A stretch of 64,000 nt of DNA from Akkermansia sp. (GCA_045653545.1 JAZOMC010000014.1:3880-67879), one strand, 5' to 3'; positions 1 to 12,689 are shown, counted from the stretch's first letter. Notes: generated by a model not told the origin, from the sequence alone. Made by a program: numbers and translations.

Positions 1-223
1 CATCAAAAGAAGAAGGATTGAAAAGCGTGGGAGATTCATCACCGTAACCCCACTCTCTGTTCGTATACGTATTCAGGCCAAAGTGGACGAATGCGTACCA
101 CTCCATACGCAACCAATTAACCTGCTGTTCCGTAGGAAGCGGACCGTACGGCGCGGGAGCACTTGCAGCGCTCACAACACCTGTACCCAGACAAAGTGCG
201 GACAGTATGATTTTTCTGAACAT
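1..223 (-). CDS. Alpha-L-fucosidase (GH29), N-terminal part; runs off the window edge
   Basis: Not in the ORF track. Manual translation from ATG at 223: MFRKIILSALCLGTGVVSAASAPAPYGPLPTEQQVNWLRMEWYAFVHFGLNTYTNREWGYGDESPTLFNPSSFD, i.e. a signal peptide plus the GH29 N-terminal F-x-HFG-x-NT...EWG.G.E...FNP motif. Confidence 0.85.
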   Translation of the reverse strand, partial: MFRKIILSALCLGTGVVSAASAPAPYGPLPTEQQVNWLRMEWYAFVHFGLNTYTNREWGYGDESPTLFNPSSFD

Positions 224-259
224 GGTACTAAACTAGCAAAAATCCACCGTAAGCGCAAG

Positions 260-312
260 AAAAAAAACGGCCACCCCACCTGCCCTGTAGCGAGCGGATG
301 GGGTGCCGTTTT
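260..312 (-). terminator. Imperfect hairpin with T-tract downstream of gyrA
   Basis: aaaacggccaccccacc...ggatggggtgccgtttt, followed on the minus strand by a T run. Confidence 0.55.
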
Positions 313-337
313 GTATGACTTTATGAGTTCTGAGGAA

Positions 338-3013
338 TTACTCCTGCGGAGTTTCTTCAGCGGCGGAGCCTTCCTCGCCCTCCACGGGCTCAGAGGCGTC
401 CTCGTCATCCTCATCAGGAATAACAAGGGTGATTTCCTGAATAGCCTCCTTGCCATTGAGCGTGATGAGCTTCACGCCCTGAGTGGCACGACCGGTCTCA
501 CGGATAGAATCCACCTTCATGCGTACGGACTGACCGCCGGAGGTCATAATCATGAGCTCATCAGCATCCGTAACCGTGGTAGCGGAAACGACAAGGCCCG
601 TCTTATCCGTGCAATTCATGGTCTTAATACCGATACCACCGCGGCTCTGCAGGCGATACTCACCAAAGCGAGTGCGCTTGCCAAGGCCGTTCTCGGAAAC
701 CACGAGCAGCGAGTGGGCGGCGGGTGCGCCATCGGTCGGGGATTCGGTCTCAGCGGGTACGTCGTCGGCGGCGTCATCAGCTACGATAGATGTCTCACCC
801 TCAGGCACCACGGCCATGGCGACCACGTAGTCACCCTCGCGCAGCTTAATACCACGCACACCGATGGTGTTACGGCCCTGAGTACGCATATCGCTCTCAT
901 TGAAGCGGATACTCATACCATTATGAGTGACGATGATGACATCCTGCTCGCCGGTAGTAAGCACGGCGTTCACGAGGGAGTTACCCTCCTCAAGGTTGAT
1001 GGCGATAATGCCGGCCTTGCGATAGTTCACGAAGTCATTGAGTGCGGTCTTCTTCACCGTACCATCCTTGGTGGCAAATACCACATTACCGGAGCCCTCG
1101 GCGAAGGTAATATCCTTACCGTCCTCGCTGACTTTACGCTCCAATCGCAGAATAGCGGCTATGCGCTCCTCGGCCTGCATATCCAGCAGGTTCTTAATGG
1201 AGCGGCCCTGAGCACTGCGAGCTGCTTCATCAATCTCATACACACGCTCCACATACACACGGCCGGTGTTCGTGAAGAACATGATGTAGTCATGATTCTG
1301 AGCGGCGAACAGGTGCTCCACGTAGTCATTAGAGTCCTTCTTGCTCTTCGTGGTAGCGGCCTTGATGCCCTTGCCACCGCGAGCCTGCAGGCGGTACTCA
1401 TCAGAGTTCGTGCGCTTAATGTAACCACTGTGGGAGATGGTCACAATCATGGAATCATTCGGGATGAGGTCCTCAATGGCCATATCACCCTCAAAGGGAA
1501 TGATGTGGGTCATACGCGGGGTGGCATACTTCTCCTTAATGGTGCGGAGCTCGTCCTTCACGATGCCGAGCACGCGGGCGTCATTAGCAAGGATATCAAG
1601 ATAGTCCTCGATAACCTCCAGCAGCTTCTTGTACTCGTCAGAAATCTTATCATTCTCAAGAGCAGTGAGCTGGTAGAGGCGCAGGTCCAGAATGGCGTTC
1701 ACCTGACGCTCCGTGAAGACGTAAGAATCCCCCTGCACGGAAGGCTGGCTGTGGATGAGAATGCCGAGGCCCTTAGCCAGCTCCACGGGGAAGCGGAAGG
1801 CCATCAGTTTGTTGCGGGCCTCCTCACGGTTGCGGGACTCACGAATGATGCGAATGAACTCATCCAGATTAGCCAAGGCAATAAGGTAAGCCTCCAACAC
1901 CTCAGCGCGGTCCTCAGCCTTGCGCAGCAAGAACTTCGTGCGGCGAATCACCACTTCGCGGCGGTGCTCCACATAGAAATTGATGGCATCCTTCATGGTG
2001 AGCACCTTGGGGCGGCCCTCATGAATAGCCAGCATATTCACAGCAAAGGAAGTATCCATGCTGGTGAGCTTATAAAGCTGGTTGATAACCACCTGCGGGC
2101 GGGCATCACGCTTCAGCTCGATTTCGATGTAATCCGTCAGGTCGCGCATGCCGGCGATATCAGTAATCACCTTATCACGCACAAGCTCAGCGATTCGCTC
2201 CTGCAGCACGGCGCGGTTCACGCCGTAAGGCACATCAGAGATGTGGATGAACTCGCGGCCATTCTCGTTTGACACCACCTCCATCTTACCGCGCATACGC
2301 ACGCTGCCACGGCCTGTGCGGAAGTAACTATCAATTCCCTTGTACCCGAGGATGTAGCCACCAGTGGGGAAATCCGGCCCCTTAATGTATGCACGCAGGG
2401 CCTCGCTGGTGATGAGGGGATTATCGATGTAAGCGCAGATGCCGTCCACCACCTCGCCGAGGTTATGCGGAGCCATATTTGTGGCCATACCCACAGCAAT
2501 ACCCGTGCCACCGTTCACCAGCAGGTTCGGGAAAGCGGAGGGGAACACCACAGGCTCCGTGAGGCGGTTGTCATAGTTCGGCTGGAAGTCCACAGTGTCC
2601 TTATCCAGGTCATCCATGAGCGCCACACCCAGGTGGCTGAGCTTAGCCCCGGTGTATCGCATAGCGGCGGGAGGGTCACCTTCAGGAGTACCGAAGTTAC
2701 CCTGCCCCTGCACCAGCACATCACGCATATTCCAAGGCTGAGCCATCGTCACAAGCGTACCATAAGCGGACTGGTCACCATGCGGGTGGTAGTTACCGAT
2801 GGTGTCACCCACGATTTTACCGCACTTGATGGTACCCTTAGTGGGTACGGGGCCCAGCTCATGCATGGCATAGAGCACACGGCGCTGAGAGGGCTTCAGG
2901 CCATCGCGGGCATCCGGCAGAGCACGGGAGATGATAACGGACATGGAGTAGTCCAGGAAGCTGCGAGAGACCTCCTCTGCCACGTCCACCGGGCGAATTC
3001 TTGTTTCACTCAT
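338..3013 (-). CDS. gyrA: DNA gyrase subunit A
   Basis: RALPDARDGLKP, YHPHGD, catalytic AAMRYT, GyrA-box QARGGKG, beta-pinwheel repeats and an acidic tail. Confidence 0.97.
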   Translation of the reverse strand: MSETRIRPVDVAEEVSRSFLDYSMSVIISRALPDARDGLKPSQRRVLYAMHELGPVPTKGTIKCGKIVGDTIGNYHPHGDQSAYGTLVTMAQPWNMRDVLVQGQGNFGTPEGDPPAAMRYTGAKLSHLGVALMDDLDKDTVDFQPNYDNRLTEPVVFPSAFPNLLVNGGTGIAVGMATNMAPHNLGEVVDGICAYIDNPLITSEALRAYIKGPDFPTGGYILGYKGIDSYFRTGRGSVRMRGKMEVVSNENGREFIHISDVPYGVNRAVLQERIAELVRDKVITDIAGMRDLTDYIEIELKRDARPQVVINQLYKLTSMDTSFAVNMLAIHEGRPKVLTMKDAINFYVEHRREVVIRRTKFLLRKAEDRAEVLEAYLIALANLDEFIRIIRESRNREEARNKLMAFRFPVELAKGLGILIHSQPSVQGDSYVFTERQVNAILDLRLYQLTALENDKISDEYKKLLEVIEDYLDILANDARVLGIVKDELRTIKEKYATPRMTHIIPFEGDMAIEDLIPNDSMIVTISHSGYIKRTNSDEYRLQARGGKGIKAATTKSKKDSNDYVEHLFAAQNHDYIMFFTNTGRVYVERVYEIDEAARSAQGRSIKNLLDMQAEERIAAILRLERKVSEDGKDITFAEGSGNVVFATKDGTVKKTALNDFVNYRKAGIIAINLEEGNSLVNAVLTTGEQDVIIVTHNGMSIRFNESDMRTQGRNTIGVRGIKLREGDYVVAMAVVPEGETSIVADDAADDVPAETESPTDGAPAAHSLLVVSENGLGKRTRFGEYRLQSRGGIGIKTMNCTDKTGLVVSATTVTDADELMIMTSGGQSVRMKVDSIRETGRATQGVKLITLNGKEAIQEITLVIPDEDDEDASEPVEGEEGSAAEETPQE

Positions 3014-3037
3014 AATTCAGGAAAAATCGGTTAGGGG

Positions 3038-5636
<2,599 letters not shown>

Positions 5637-5667
5637 TTATATAATATGTCAGTATAGTGAAAAAAAC

Positions 5668-5922
5668 TCACAAAAATGCACCTATAGCAGCCCAACCGCA
5701 GGAAAACATCATAAGCCCCATAACATACCGCCAAAAGCGCCTACAGCCCATTACAGAGGCCTTTATGAGCATTTTACAAGATTCACAGCGAGACAGCGAT
5801 TCCGAGTTAAGATAATATAAGGGCAGCACATTACAGGTAAAAAGATACCAGAGCCATACAAACCTAAGACGAGCCATTTCCTCCACCGACATATTTGAAA
5901 CAGCTTTTTGCCGCTTAGACAT
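5668..5922 (-). CDS. Possible small membrane protein (84 aa)
   Basis: Fills the gyrB-mpl gap and has two hydrophobic stretches and a CxxC; no family recognised. Confidence 0.3.
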   Translation of the reverse strand: MSKRQKAVSNMSVEEMARLRFVWLWYLFTCNVLPLYYLNSESLSRCESCKMLIKASVMGCRRFWRYVMGLMMFSCGWAAIGAFL

Positions 5923-5990
5923 ACATAAAAAACGCTTGCCAAATACCGCGGAATAAGTTACTCTAACTCACCTCTCATTCTCAAACGTAT

Positions 5991-7385
5991 ATGAAGCACG
6001 TACACTTCCTCGGAATCTGCGGCACCGCGATGGGTGCTGTGGCATCAGCCATGGCTCGCAAGGGCTACACTGTTACCGGCACTGATGCCAACGTCTATCC
6101 GCCCATGTCCACGTTCTTGGAGAGTGAGGGCATTCAGATTTTTCAGGGGTACAAGCCTGAGAATCTTCCCGAAGACGCGGATTTAGTGGTCATCGGTAAT
6201 GCCATGAGCCGTGGCAATGTGGAAGTGGAAGCTGTACTGGAGCGCAACATGCGCTATATGAGCCTTCCGGAGACGATGAAGGAGTTCTTCCTCTGGGGCA
6301 AGCACAATTACGTTGTAACCGGCACGCACGGCAAGACCACCACCACGAGTATGCTGGCTTGGCTTATGGAAGCCAACGAGATGAACCCGAGCTTCATGAT
6401 TGGCGGCATTGCCCGTAATCTGGGCCGCGGTGGCCGCTTTACGGATTCTGACTACTGCGTGCTGGAGGGTGATGAGTACGATACGGCTTTCTTTGACAAA
6501 CGCTCCAAGTTCCTGCACTATCTGCCTGAGGTTGTTATCATCAACAACATCGAGATGGATCACGCGGACATTTACTCAAACGTGGAGGAAATTAAGCTTT
6601 CCTTCAAGCGCCTGCTGCGCGTGGTGCCCCGCACAGGCGTGGTATTCATCAATTCTGACTGCCCGAACTGTGCAGATGTACGAGAACACGCTGCAACCGA
6701 GCTGAAAATGGTGAAGATTGTGGGCGTAGGCATGGAAGAAAATGCTGACCTGCGCATTACCGACATCGAGCGCCGCACGGATGGCAGTTCCTTCACGCTG
6801 GAAGGTGAGACCTACAGCATCCCCATGATTGGCGACTTCAACATTCGGAATGCCGCCATGGCTACCTGCGCTGCCCGTAATGCAGGGCTGACGCCGGACC
6901 AGATTCGCAGCGCATTCCTGAGCTTCACCGGCGTGGCTCGCCGCCAGGAGGTGCGTGGCACCGTGAACAGCGTAACCGTAGTGGATGACTTTGCCCACCA
7001 CCCCACAGCCATTCGTCAGGCCGTGGAAGGCCTGCGCCAGCGCTTCCCCAAGAGCCGCTTGTGGGTAATCTTTGACCCCCGCAGCAACACCACCATCCGT
7101 AACCTTTTCCAGCAGGAGCTGGCAGCAGCCCTCTCCACCGCGGACTTCGCCGTCATCTCCCCCGTGGAGAACCACAAGCGCCTTCGCCCCGAGGAAAGGC
7201 TGGATGTGGAGCAGCTTCGCAATGATATCAGCGAAAAAGGCACAGAGAGCTATCTGGGAACGGATGTGGACGACATCGTGGCGCACGTGGTGTCACGCGT
7301 ACACCCCGGCGATGTGCTGCTGGTGATGAGCAACGGTGGTTTTGGCGGCATACACAGCAAGCTGCTGAGCGCACTCGCCCAGTAA
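5991..7385 (+). CDS. mpl: UDP-MurNAc:L-Ala-gamma-D-Glu-mDAP ligase (Mpl/MurC family)
   Basis: N-terminal HFLGICGTAMG, GTHGKTTT, EGDEYD...FDKRSKF, DDFAHHPT, MSNGGFGGIH. Confidence 0.88.
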   Translation: MKHVHFLGICGTAMGAVASAMARKGYTVTGTDANVYPPMSTFLESEGIQIFQGYKPENLPEDADLVVIGNAMSRGNVEVEAVLERNMRYMSLPETMKEFFLWGKHNYVVTGTHGKTTTTSMLAWLMEANEMNPSFMIGGIARNLGRGGRFTDSDYCVLEGDEYDTAFFDKRSKFLHYLPEVVIINNIEMDHADIYSNVEEIKLSFKRLLRVVPRTGVVFINSDCPNCADVREHAATELKMVKIVGVGMEENADLRITDIERRTDGSSFTLEGETYSIPMIGDFNIRNAAMATCAARNAGLTPDQIRSAFLSFTGVARRQEVRGTVNSVTVVDDFAHHPTAIRQAVEGLRQRFPKSRLWVIFDPRSNTTIRNLFQQELAAALSTADFAVISPVENHKRLRPEERLDVEQLRNDISEKGTESYLGTDVDDIVAHVVSRVHPGDVLLVMSNGGFGGIHSKLLSALAQ

Positions 7386-7402
7386 TAAAACTTTATCAAA
7401 GG

Positions 7403-7445
7403 AAAAAGCACCCCGGCTAACCAAATACAGCCGGGGTGCTTTTTT
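7403..7445. terminator. Bidirectional intrinsic terminator
   Basis: aaaaagcaccccggct...agccggggtgcttttt between convergent genes. Confidence 0.85.
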
Positions 7446-7463
7446 ATCTCAAGAGAAAGCTCG

Positions 7464-8099
7464 TTATGCTGATTTTTTACTTTCCTTTAAGAGCTCTTTC
7501 AGCTCCTGCACGGAGGCCATGAGTTTGCGGTTAGAGCGTTTCAGATACAACAGACTGAAAAGCACAATGATTGTAACCAGCGTCAGATACAGAATAATCC
7601 CCCAGCACATTAACTGCAACGAGTAAAGAGAACCGGAAATTCTCGGGCTATCCACCACTCGGTTAACAATGATATCTCCGACCTCCCTGGCATATTCCCG
7701 CCCCTCCAGTTTGTATTGCTCCTTATATTCAGCCAGAAAATGGTCAAGCGCATCTTTCAACGTAGAAGAAATCACCTCAGATATGGAGCGATCCCCCAAG
7801 CGCTCAGAGGTAGCCTCCCTCACCCGGTTAAGCATATCCCTGCCCCGGTCACGCCAACGGCGGCCATCGGTGGCGGGCTCTTCTGCCGCGGCAGGTTCCT
7901 GCTCCGCCTCGGAAGTGAGCGCTTGCTCCGCCTCATCAGCGGAATGACGAGCCGCGCGGCGCTCCTGCTCAGCCTGCAGAACTCGGCTACCGGCAGAAAG
8001 AAGGCCATCTATAATCCGGTCGCTACGAGAAGAATCCGCCCAGGATTCACCAATAAGAAAGGAAAACAGAACAGAAAAAGAAAGAAGGAGATGCTTCAT
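7464..8099 (-). CDS. Hypothetical exported/membrane protein
   Basis: Signal peptide, helical charged middle, C-terminal TM helix then a coiled-coil-like tail. Confidence 0.7.
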   Translation of the reverse strand: MKHLLLSFSVLFSFLIGESWADSSRSDRIIDGLLSAGSRVLQAEQERRAARHSADEAEQALTSEAEQEPAAAEEPATDGRRWRDRGRDMLNRVREATSERLGDRSISEVISSTLKDALDHFLAEYKEQYKLEGREYAREVGDIIVNRVVDSPRISGSLYSLQLMCWGIILYLTLVTIIVLFSLLYLKRSNRKLMASVQELKELLKESKKSA

Positions 8100-8148
8100 G
8101 TAATCATGATAGCATCCCCTTCTTTACTTTGCAAGATTAAAGCAGCCC

Positions 8149-10488
8149 TCAGAGGACATTCCCCTGCGACTGAGGAGCAGCCGCAGCTGCGGGAAGCGCC
8201 GGTACTGCCGGGGCCACAGGAGTCACAGGAGCGGCAGGCTGCGGCTCAGGACGGGCGGCAGGACGTGTAGCGGGAGCAGAGCTGCGGCTCTGGCTGGTGG
8301 AGCGGCTCACAGCAGAAGAGGCACCACCACGGTTCGTGCAGCCCTCAAAAGCAGCCGGGAAGAATGCCCTAGCCGGAGCCTCAGCGGAAGCAATCGCCGC
8401 ACGAGTAGGCACCACACCGGCCTCGCCATCAAAGTTCACAGCGCGGCGGAAAATCTCATGATCCGTACCGAACACCATATATCGGTGCACAAGGAAGGGC
8501 TCCTCCTCGCACTCCACTTTGCGCTCCAGTACAGTAAAGGCGGCCTGATACCCGGCCTCTCGAAGAGTATCTATCATAGGCTGTGTATTATAGCCACCGG
8601 GATAACAATACGTAGAGCAGTTGCCGAACATATTCATCAGGCGTGTCCGGGAATCCACCAGCTCCGTGCGAAGCTGAGCGGCATACTCAGAAGAAGCCTG
8701 ATTATAACGCCTCCACTTACTGGGGTAAAGGTGATTAGAGGAATGGCTGCCGATGGTGGCGCCATTTGCCATCATCTCCTGAATCTGCGCGGTGGTCATG
8801 GAATCACCCTGCACATTGATGTAGCGAGTGTACAGGAAAAGCGTGAAAGGATAGCCGTACGCACGAAGCACCGGATAAGCCTCAGAATACACACTCTTCC
8901 AGCCATCATCGATAGTGATAAGAACACAGCGTTCCGGCAGACAGCGCTGGCCATGGCGCCACTCCAGAAAATCCTGCATGGAAATCACACAGATGTCAGA
9001 ATCCTTCAGGAACTGCATCTGGCGGCAGAAATCAGCCGTGCTCATGCGCATATCCGTGCAGGGACGCGTCTTGCTGAAGTTATGATACCCCAGAACAGCC
9101 ACGCGAGTCTGCTCACGCGACACGAGAGGTTGCTTAAACTGTGCGCTCACCCAATCCCCCTCCGGAGTGCGGCGACCGAGTACACCGAGGCTAGGCTCCA
9201 CAGGAGCCAGCTCGGGGCGGGATTCAGCGGCTTCAGGCTCAGCAGGCGCAACGGGCTCAGCGGGTGCAGCAGGAGCAACGGGCTCAGCAGGTGCAGCGGG
9301 CTCAGCAGGTGCAGCGGGTGCAACGGGAGCAACGGGCTCAGCGGAAGCAGCGGGCTCAGCGGGAGCGGCGGGCTCAGCGGGTGCAGCAGGTGCAGCAGGT
9401 GCAACGAGCTCAGCGGGTGCAACGGGCTCAGCGGGAGCAGCAGGTGCAGCGGGTGCAACGGGCTCAGCGGGAGCAGCGGGAGCAACGGGCTCAGCAGGCG
9501 CGGCGGGAAGCGGGCTCACAGCCGGATTCGCAGCCACACCGGAGGGGTCAGCCACAGCAAGCAGATCTTCTTCACTCACCTCCTCTGCCAAATCATCATC
9601 AGTAAACTCAGGCAACACCACAGGCGTATTAGCTGCGGTCACAGCAGGAGTAACAGACGAAGCCGGAACAACGGCCACAGCAGGAGCTGCTTCCACAGCC
9701 GGAGCACAGGCAGCCAGAACATCCTCCACTTCAGCCACGCTTGCCTCAGAGCCAAAAGAAACAGCCTGAGCAAAGACGTGGTTATCACTCACTGCATAGC
9801 GAGGATAAGCATGGGCATGCGTAGCCACGGTGCCCTTTTCCGGTTCTTTTGTGAAAGCCACTTCAAAGTGACTCTGCCCAAGAGCTCGCTGAAGCTCAGG
9901 AGATATCTCACCAGTAGTACAGGAAAACGCACGACAAGCACCGAACACGGACGTCACGCGCAGCGCAGCGGATGTCAACAGTTCAGATGAGACATCACCG
10001 GCCGCACAGCTACCGATTTCCGCGCCCTCGTACTGGAGTGTCAGCAACTGCGGCGCCAGCAAAGCATCCTCAGCCTCAGCAGGCTGCTCAGCATCAGTAA
10101 AAACAACAAAAGGGAATCCGCAGCGCTGCAGCACAGGCAAAGCGACCTCCAAAAAGGTCTGATTGGGAGAATCAAAGGTCAGCAGCACAGAGCAGGCAGG
10201 AAGAGCTCGCTGGCCTTTTCGCCATGCGAGAAAATCCGCGCAGGAAATGACATTCGCCCCGCTATCCCGGAGAAAGTTCATCTGCTGCTCAAAATCTGCG
10301 GCAGATAACGTCCCTTCACCGGAGGCAATACGGCCATACCCCAGCACCGCCACACGGCACTGTACAATCTGAGCTCCCAGAGCGGGATCAGAAGCGCTTT
10401 GGGCAGCTACAGCCGGCTCAGCGTACTGAGCAAATGAATGATTAACGAGAAAAGAAAACGCAGTAATGCAGGTTACAATATGCTTCAT
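8149..10488 (-). CDS. Polysaccharide deacetylase (CE4/NodB-type) with two deacetylase-like domains and a Pro/Ala linker
   Basis: C-terminal domain has LITIDDGW, GSHSSNH and YCYPGG; N-terminal copy is degenerate (LTFDSPN); signal peptide present. Confidence 0.85.
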   Translation of the reverse strand: MKHIVTCITAFSFLVNHSFAQYAEPAVAAQSASDPALGAQIVQCRVAVLGYGRIASGEGTLSAADFEQQMNFLRDSGANVISCADFLAWRKGQRALPACSVLLTFDSPNQTFLEVALPVLQRCGFPFVVFTDAEQPAEAEDALLAPQLLTLQYEGAEIGSCAAGDVSSELLTSAALRVTSVFGACRAFSCTTGEISPELQRALGQSHFEVAFTKEPEKGTVATHAHAYPRYAVSDNHVFAQAVSFGSEASVAEVEDVLAACAPAVEAAPAVAVVPASSVTPAVTAANTPVVLPEFTDDDLAEEVSEEDLLAVADPSGVAANPAVSPLPAAPAEPVAPAAPAEPVAPAAPAAPAEPVAPAELVAPAAPAAPAEPAAPAEPAASAEPVAPVAPAAPAEPAAPAEPVAPAAPAEPVAPAEPEAAESRPELAPVEPSLGVLGRRTPEGDWVSAQFKQPLVSREQTRVAVLGYHNFSKTRPCTDMRMSTADFCRQMQFLKDSDICVISMQDFLEWRHGQRCLPERCVLITIDDGWKSVYSEAYPVLRAYGYPFTLFLYTRYINVQGDSMTTAQIQEMMANGATIGSHSSNHLYPSKWRRYNQASSEYAAQLRTELVDSRTRLMNMFGNCSTYCYPGGYNTQPMIDTLREAGYQAAFTVLERKVECEEEPFLVHRYMVFGTDHEIFRRAVNFDGEAGVVPTRAAIASAEAPARAFFPAAFEGCTNRGGASSAVSRSTSQSRSSAPATRPAARPEPQPAAPVTPVAPAVPALPAAAAAPQSQGNVL
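9232..9520 (-). repeat. Degenerate 9-nt-unit tandem repeat encoding (A/V)AP and AEP tripeptides
   Basis: Many copies of gggctcagc interleaved with aggtgcagc/gggtgcaac; the protein has 10 AEP units plus one AEL. Confidence 0.9.
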
Positions 10489-10523
10489 GTGATTTTGCTA
10501 TACAGTCTAGAACAGCCGGCAAA

Positions 10524-11708
10524 TCAACGGCCGGGTACCATTTCAAAGGTGAATCCCTTAAGGTATTCAGTTTCGGGAATATTCAACAGCACGGGATGAT
10601 CCGGGCTCTGGCCATGATTCGCCACTAAGCGCAGCGTGCAGTGACCATCCACTGCGGCGTCCGCAATCGTCTCCTTAAACACACCGGCACTGGCATGGTG
10701 AGAGCAGCAGAATGTGGAGAGCACGCCACCTACGGGCAGCATCTGCATGGCACGCAGGTGAATCTCCTTATAACCGCGCATGGCGCCGCTAAGGCTCTTC
10801 TTGTTACGGGTAAAGCTGGGCGGATCAAGAATGATGAGGTCCCACTTCGGGTCTGCGCCCTTACGCACAGCATCACTCTCACGCTTCAGGAAATCGAAGG
10901 CATTCTCAGCAATAGCCTCTATCTGCACGCCATTCAGCTCAGCATTACGACGCACGGAAGCAATAGCCTCCTCAGAGATATCCACAGCGGTCACGCTGGC
11001 AGCACCGGCCTTAGCACAGGCAAGAGCGAAACCACCCTGATTGCAGAAGCAATCCAGCACGCGGCGGCCACGAGCAAACTTCGCCACGTCAGCATAGTTC
11101 TGCAGCTGGTCCAAGTACAGGCCGGTCTTCTGCCCGGTGGCGAGGTCAATCATGAACTTCAGGCCACGGCCCGTAGCGATGAACGGTTCAGGCATCTCAC
11201 CGGCAGCCACATACGTCTCTGGCTCAATACCTTCCGCCAGCAACATAGGAGAATCATTACGCACAATGATGGCACGAGGCTCAAGCAAATCTCCGAGGAT
11301 ATCGCGGATAAGCCCCAAGCGCTGGTGCATTGCCAGCGTAAGCGTCTGCACCACCAGCACATCACGGTAGCGGTCTACAATCAGGCCGGGCAAGCCATCA
11401 CTCTCACTCCACACCAAGCGCATCAGCTCCTCACCGGGAAGCCAGCGCTCACGCAGCATCATAGCCTGAGATATGCGGCGAGCAAAAAAGTCGCGGTCCA
11501 AATCCTGCTTACGTCGGGAAAAGCGGCGAGCCACAATCTGCGAGTGAGGATTATACATGGCAGAACCCAGATAATGGTCCCGCTGATCCTTCAGCAGCAC
11601 CACATCGCCCGGTGCCGGATTTCCGAACACAGTGCGCACCTCAGTGCCGTATACCCAGTCATGCCCGTGGAAAATGCGCGCCTTCGGCGCTATGATAAGA
11701 CCTGCCAT
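10524..11708 (-). CDS. rlmI: Class I SAM-dependent rRNA methyltransferase, RlmI/YccW family
   Basis: PUA-like N-terminus (GHDWVY), ESDGLPGLIVDRY, GQKTGLYLDQ, VLDCFCNQGGF, DLIILDPPSF, PETEYLKG. Start moved to MAGLII (11708) because the ORF-track ATG lies inside the -10 box. Confidence 0.85.
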   Translation of the reverse strand: MAGLIIAPKARIFHGHDWVYGTEVRTVFGNPAPGDVVLLKDQRDHYLGSAMYNPHSQIVARRFSRRKQDLDRDFFARRISQAMMLRERWLPGEELMRLVWSESDGLPGLIVDRYRDVLVVQTLTLAMHQRLGLIRDILGDLLEPRAIIVRNDSPMLLAEGIEPETYVAAGEMPEPFIATGRGLKFMIDLATGQKTGLYLDQLQNYADVAKFARGRRVLDCFCNQGGFALACAKAGAASVTAVDISEEAIASVRRNAELNGVQIEAIAENAFDFLKRESDAVRKGADPKWDLIILDPPSFTRNKKSLSGAMRGYKEIHLRAMQMLPVGGVLSTFCCSHHASAGVFKETIADAAVDGHCTLRLVANHGQSPDHPVLLNIPETEYLKGFTFEMVPGR

Positions 11709-11813
11709 AACGCGGCCCACCATACTACAAATTCATTATTTTGTCAATCAGTAATAATTTAAGAATACTTTAGTATTGACAATCATCAACTAATCTGACA
11801 CAATGCAGGTGTC

Positions 11814-12689
11814 ATGAGTGCACGAACCCTCTTCACCGCGACAACAGCTGCCATTCTCATGGTAGCCGGCAGCCTCAGCGCTGCCACCCGAGTAGTCCTG
11901 CAGGACACCCACTGCCGGACCAATGCCGTGACCTACACCCTGCCGAATGACTGGGCCGGTGGCGGCGAAGTAACATGGAATACTGAAAGTGAGCGACTTG
12001 GAAACTTCTGCATTAGAACTATGCAGTTAGTAAACCGGAAGGACGCCATCATCGCGAACTACATTTCAGCATACGAAGTACCTCTGAGAACCTCCAACCC
12101 CGGCGCTATGGCTCTGGCAGAAATGCTGGTAAGCGTAGCCAGACAACTGCCGGGCAATCAGAACATCACCCCGGTAGATGCCGTCATCTATCAGGCACCG
12201 CAGGACGTACAGGATTTCCGCATGGCGCGGGATAACCTCAGCGCCCAGCTTGGCAAGAGAATCACAGGCCGAGTCTACATCGTGAACGCCACCTATTCTG
12301 ATGGAACCATGGTAGGAGCCATTGTTCACGAGCGCAGCATGCGCAGAAACTTCCGCAGCGAGAGAAGCATTACTTTCCACGATATTTTCGTACTGGGTAG
12401 CACCGGTGAAACACGCCCGAACGAACAGGCGCTGCACCAGGCCCTCGTGGATGTAAGCCGCGCCGCCCGCCGAGCAGACTTCAACTCGAACTGGATTACC
12501 GAAAACATCCGCCAGACCGCTAACGCATTCTACGGAATGCGTCGTCTGGATGAGCGTGCCCTGCCCCAGATTACCCAAAAGGCAATCGAAGGCATGCGCC
12601 GCGGCCTCCCCTCCGTGCTGGATTGCCTTTACACCAGCCGGTTCTGCCAACGAGCAGAACAGGGAGCCACACCCGTTGCGCGCAACTAA
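11814..12689 (+). CDS. Hypothetical secreted protein
   Basis: Signal peptide (MSART...SLSA); own TTGACA promoter at 11776; no family recognised. Confidence 0.7.
   Translation: MSARTLFTATTAAILMVAGSLSAATRVVLQDTHCRTNAVTYTLPNDWAGGGEVTWNTESERLGNFCIRTMQLVNRKDAIIANYISAYEVPLRTSNPGAMALAEMLVSVARQLPGNQNITPVDAVIYQAPQDVQDFRMARDNLSAQLGKRITGRVYIVNATYSDGTMVGAIVHERSMRRNFRSERSITFHDIFVLGSTGETRPNEQALHQALVDVSRAARRADFNSNWITENIRQTANAFYGMRRLDERALPQITQKAIEGMRRGLPSVLDCLYTSRFCQRAEQGATPVARN

Noticed and set aside
9147-9769. Low-complexity ORFs in other frames (LLPLSPL, GSAGAAG, QRAQQVQ repeats)
   Set aside because: Alternative readings of the same 9-nt repeat; not a CRISPR array (no unique spacers) and unlikely to be separate genes.
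8090-10490. Extra half-sites TGCTTCAT resembling the MarR operator (about 8092 and 10481; also ATGAAGCA at 5991)
   Set aside because: They are simply ATG-AAG-CA (Met-Lys-His) gene starts, not palindromes.
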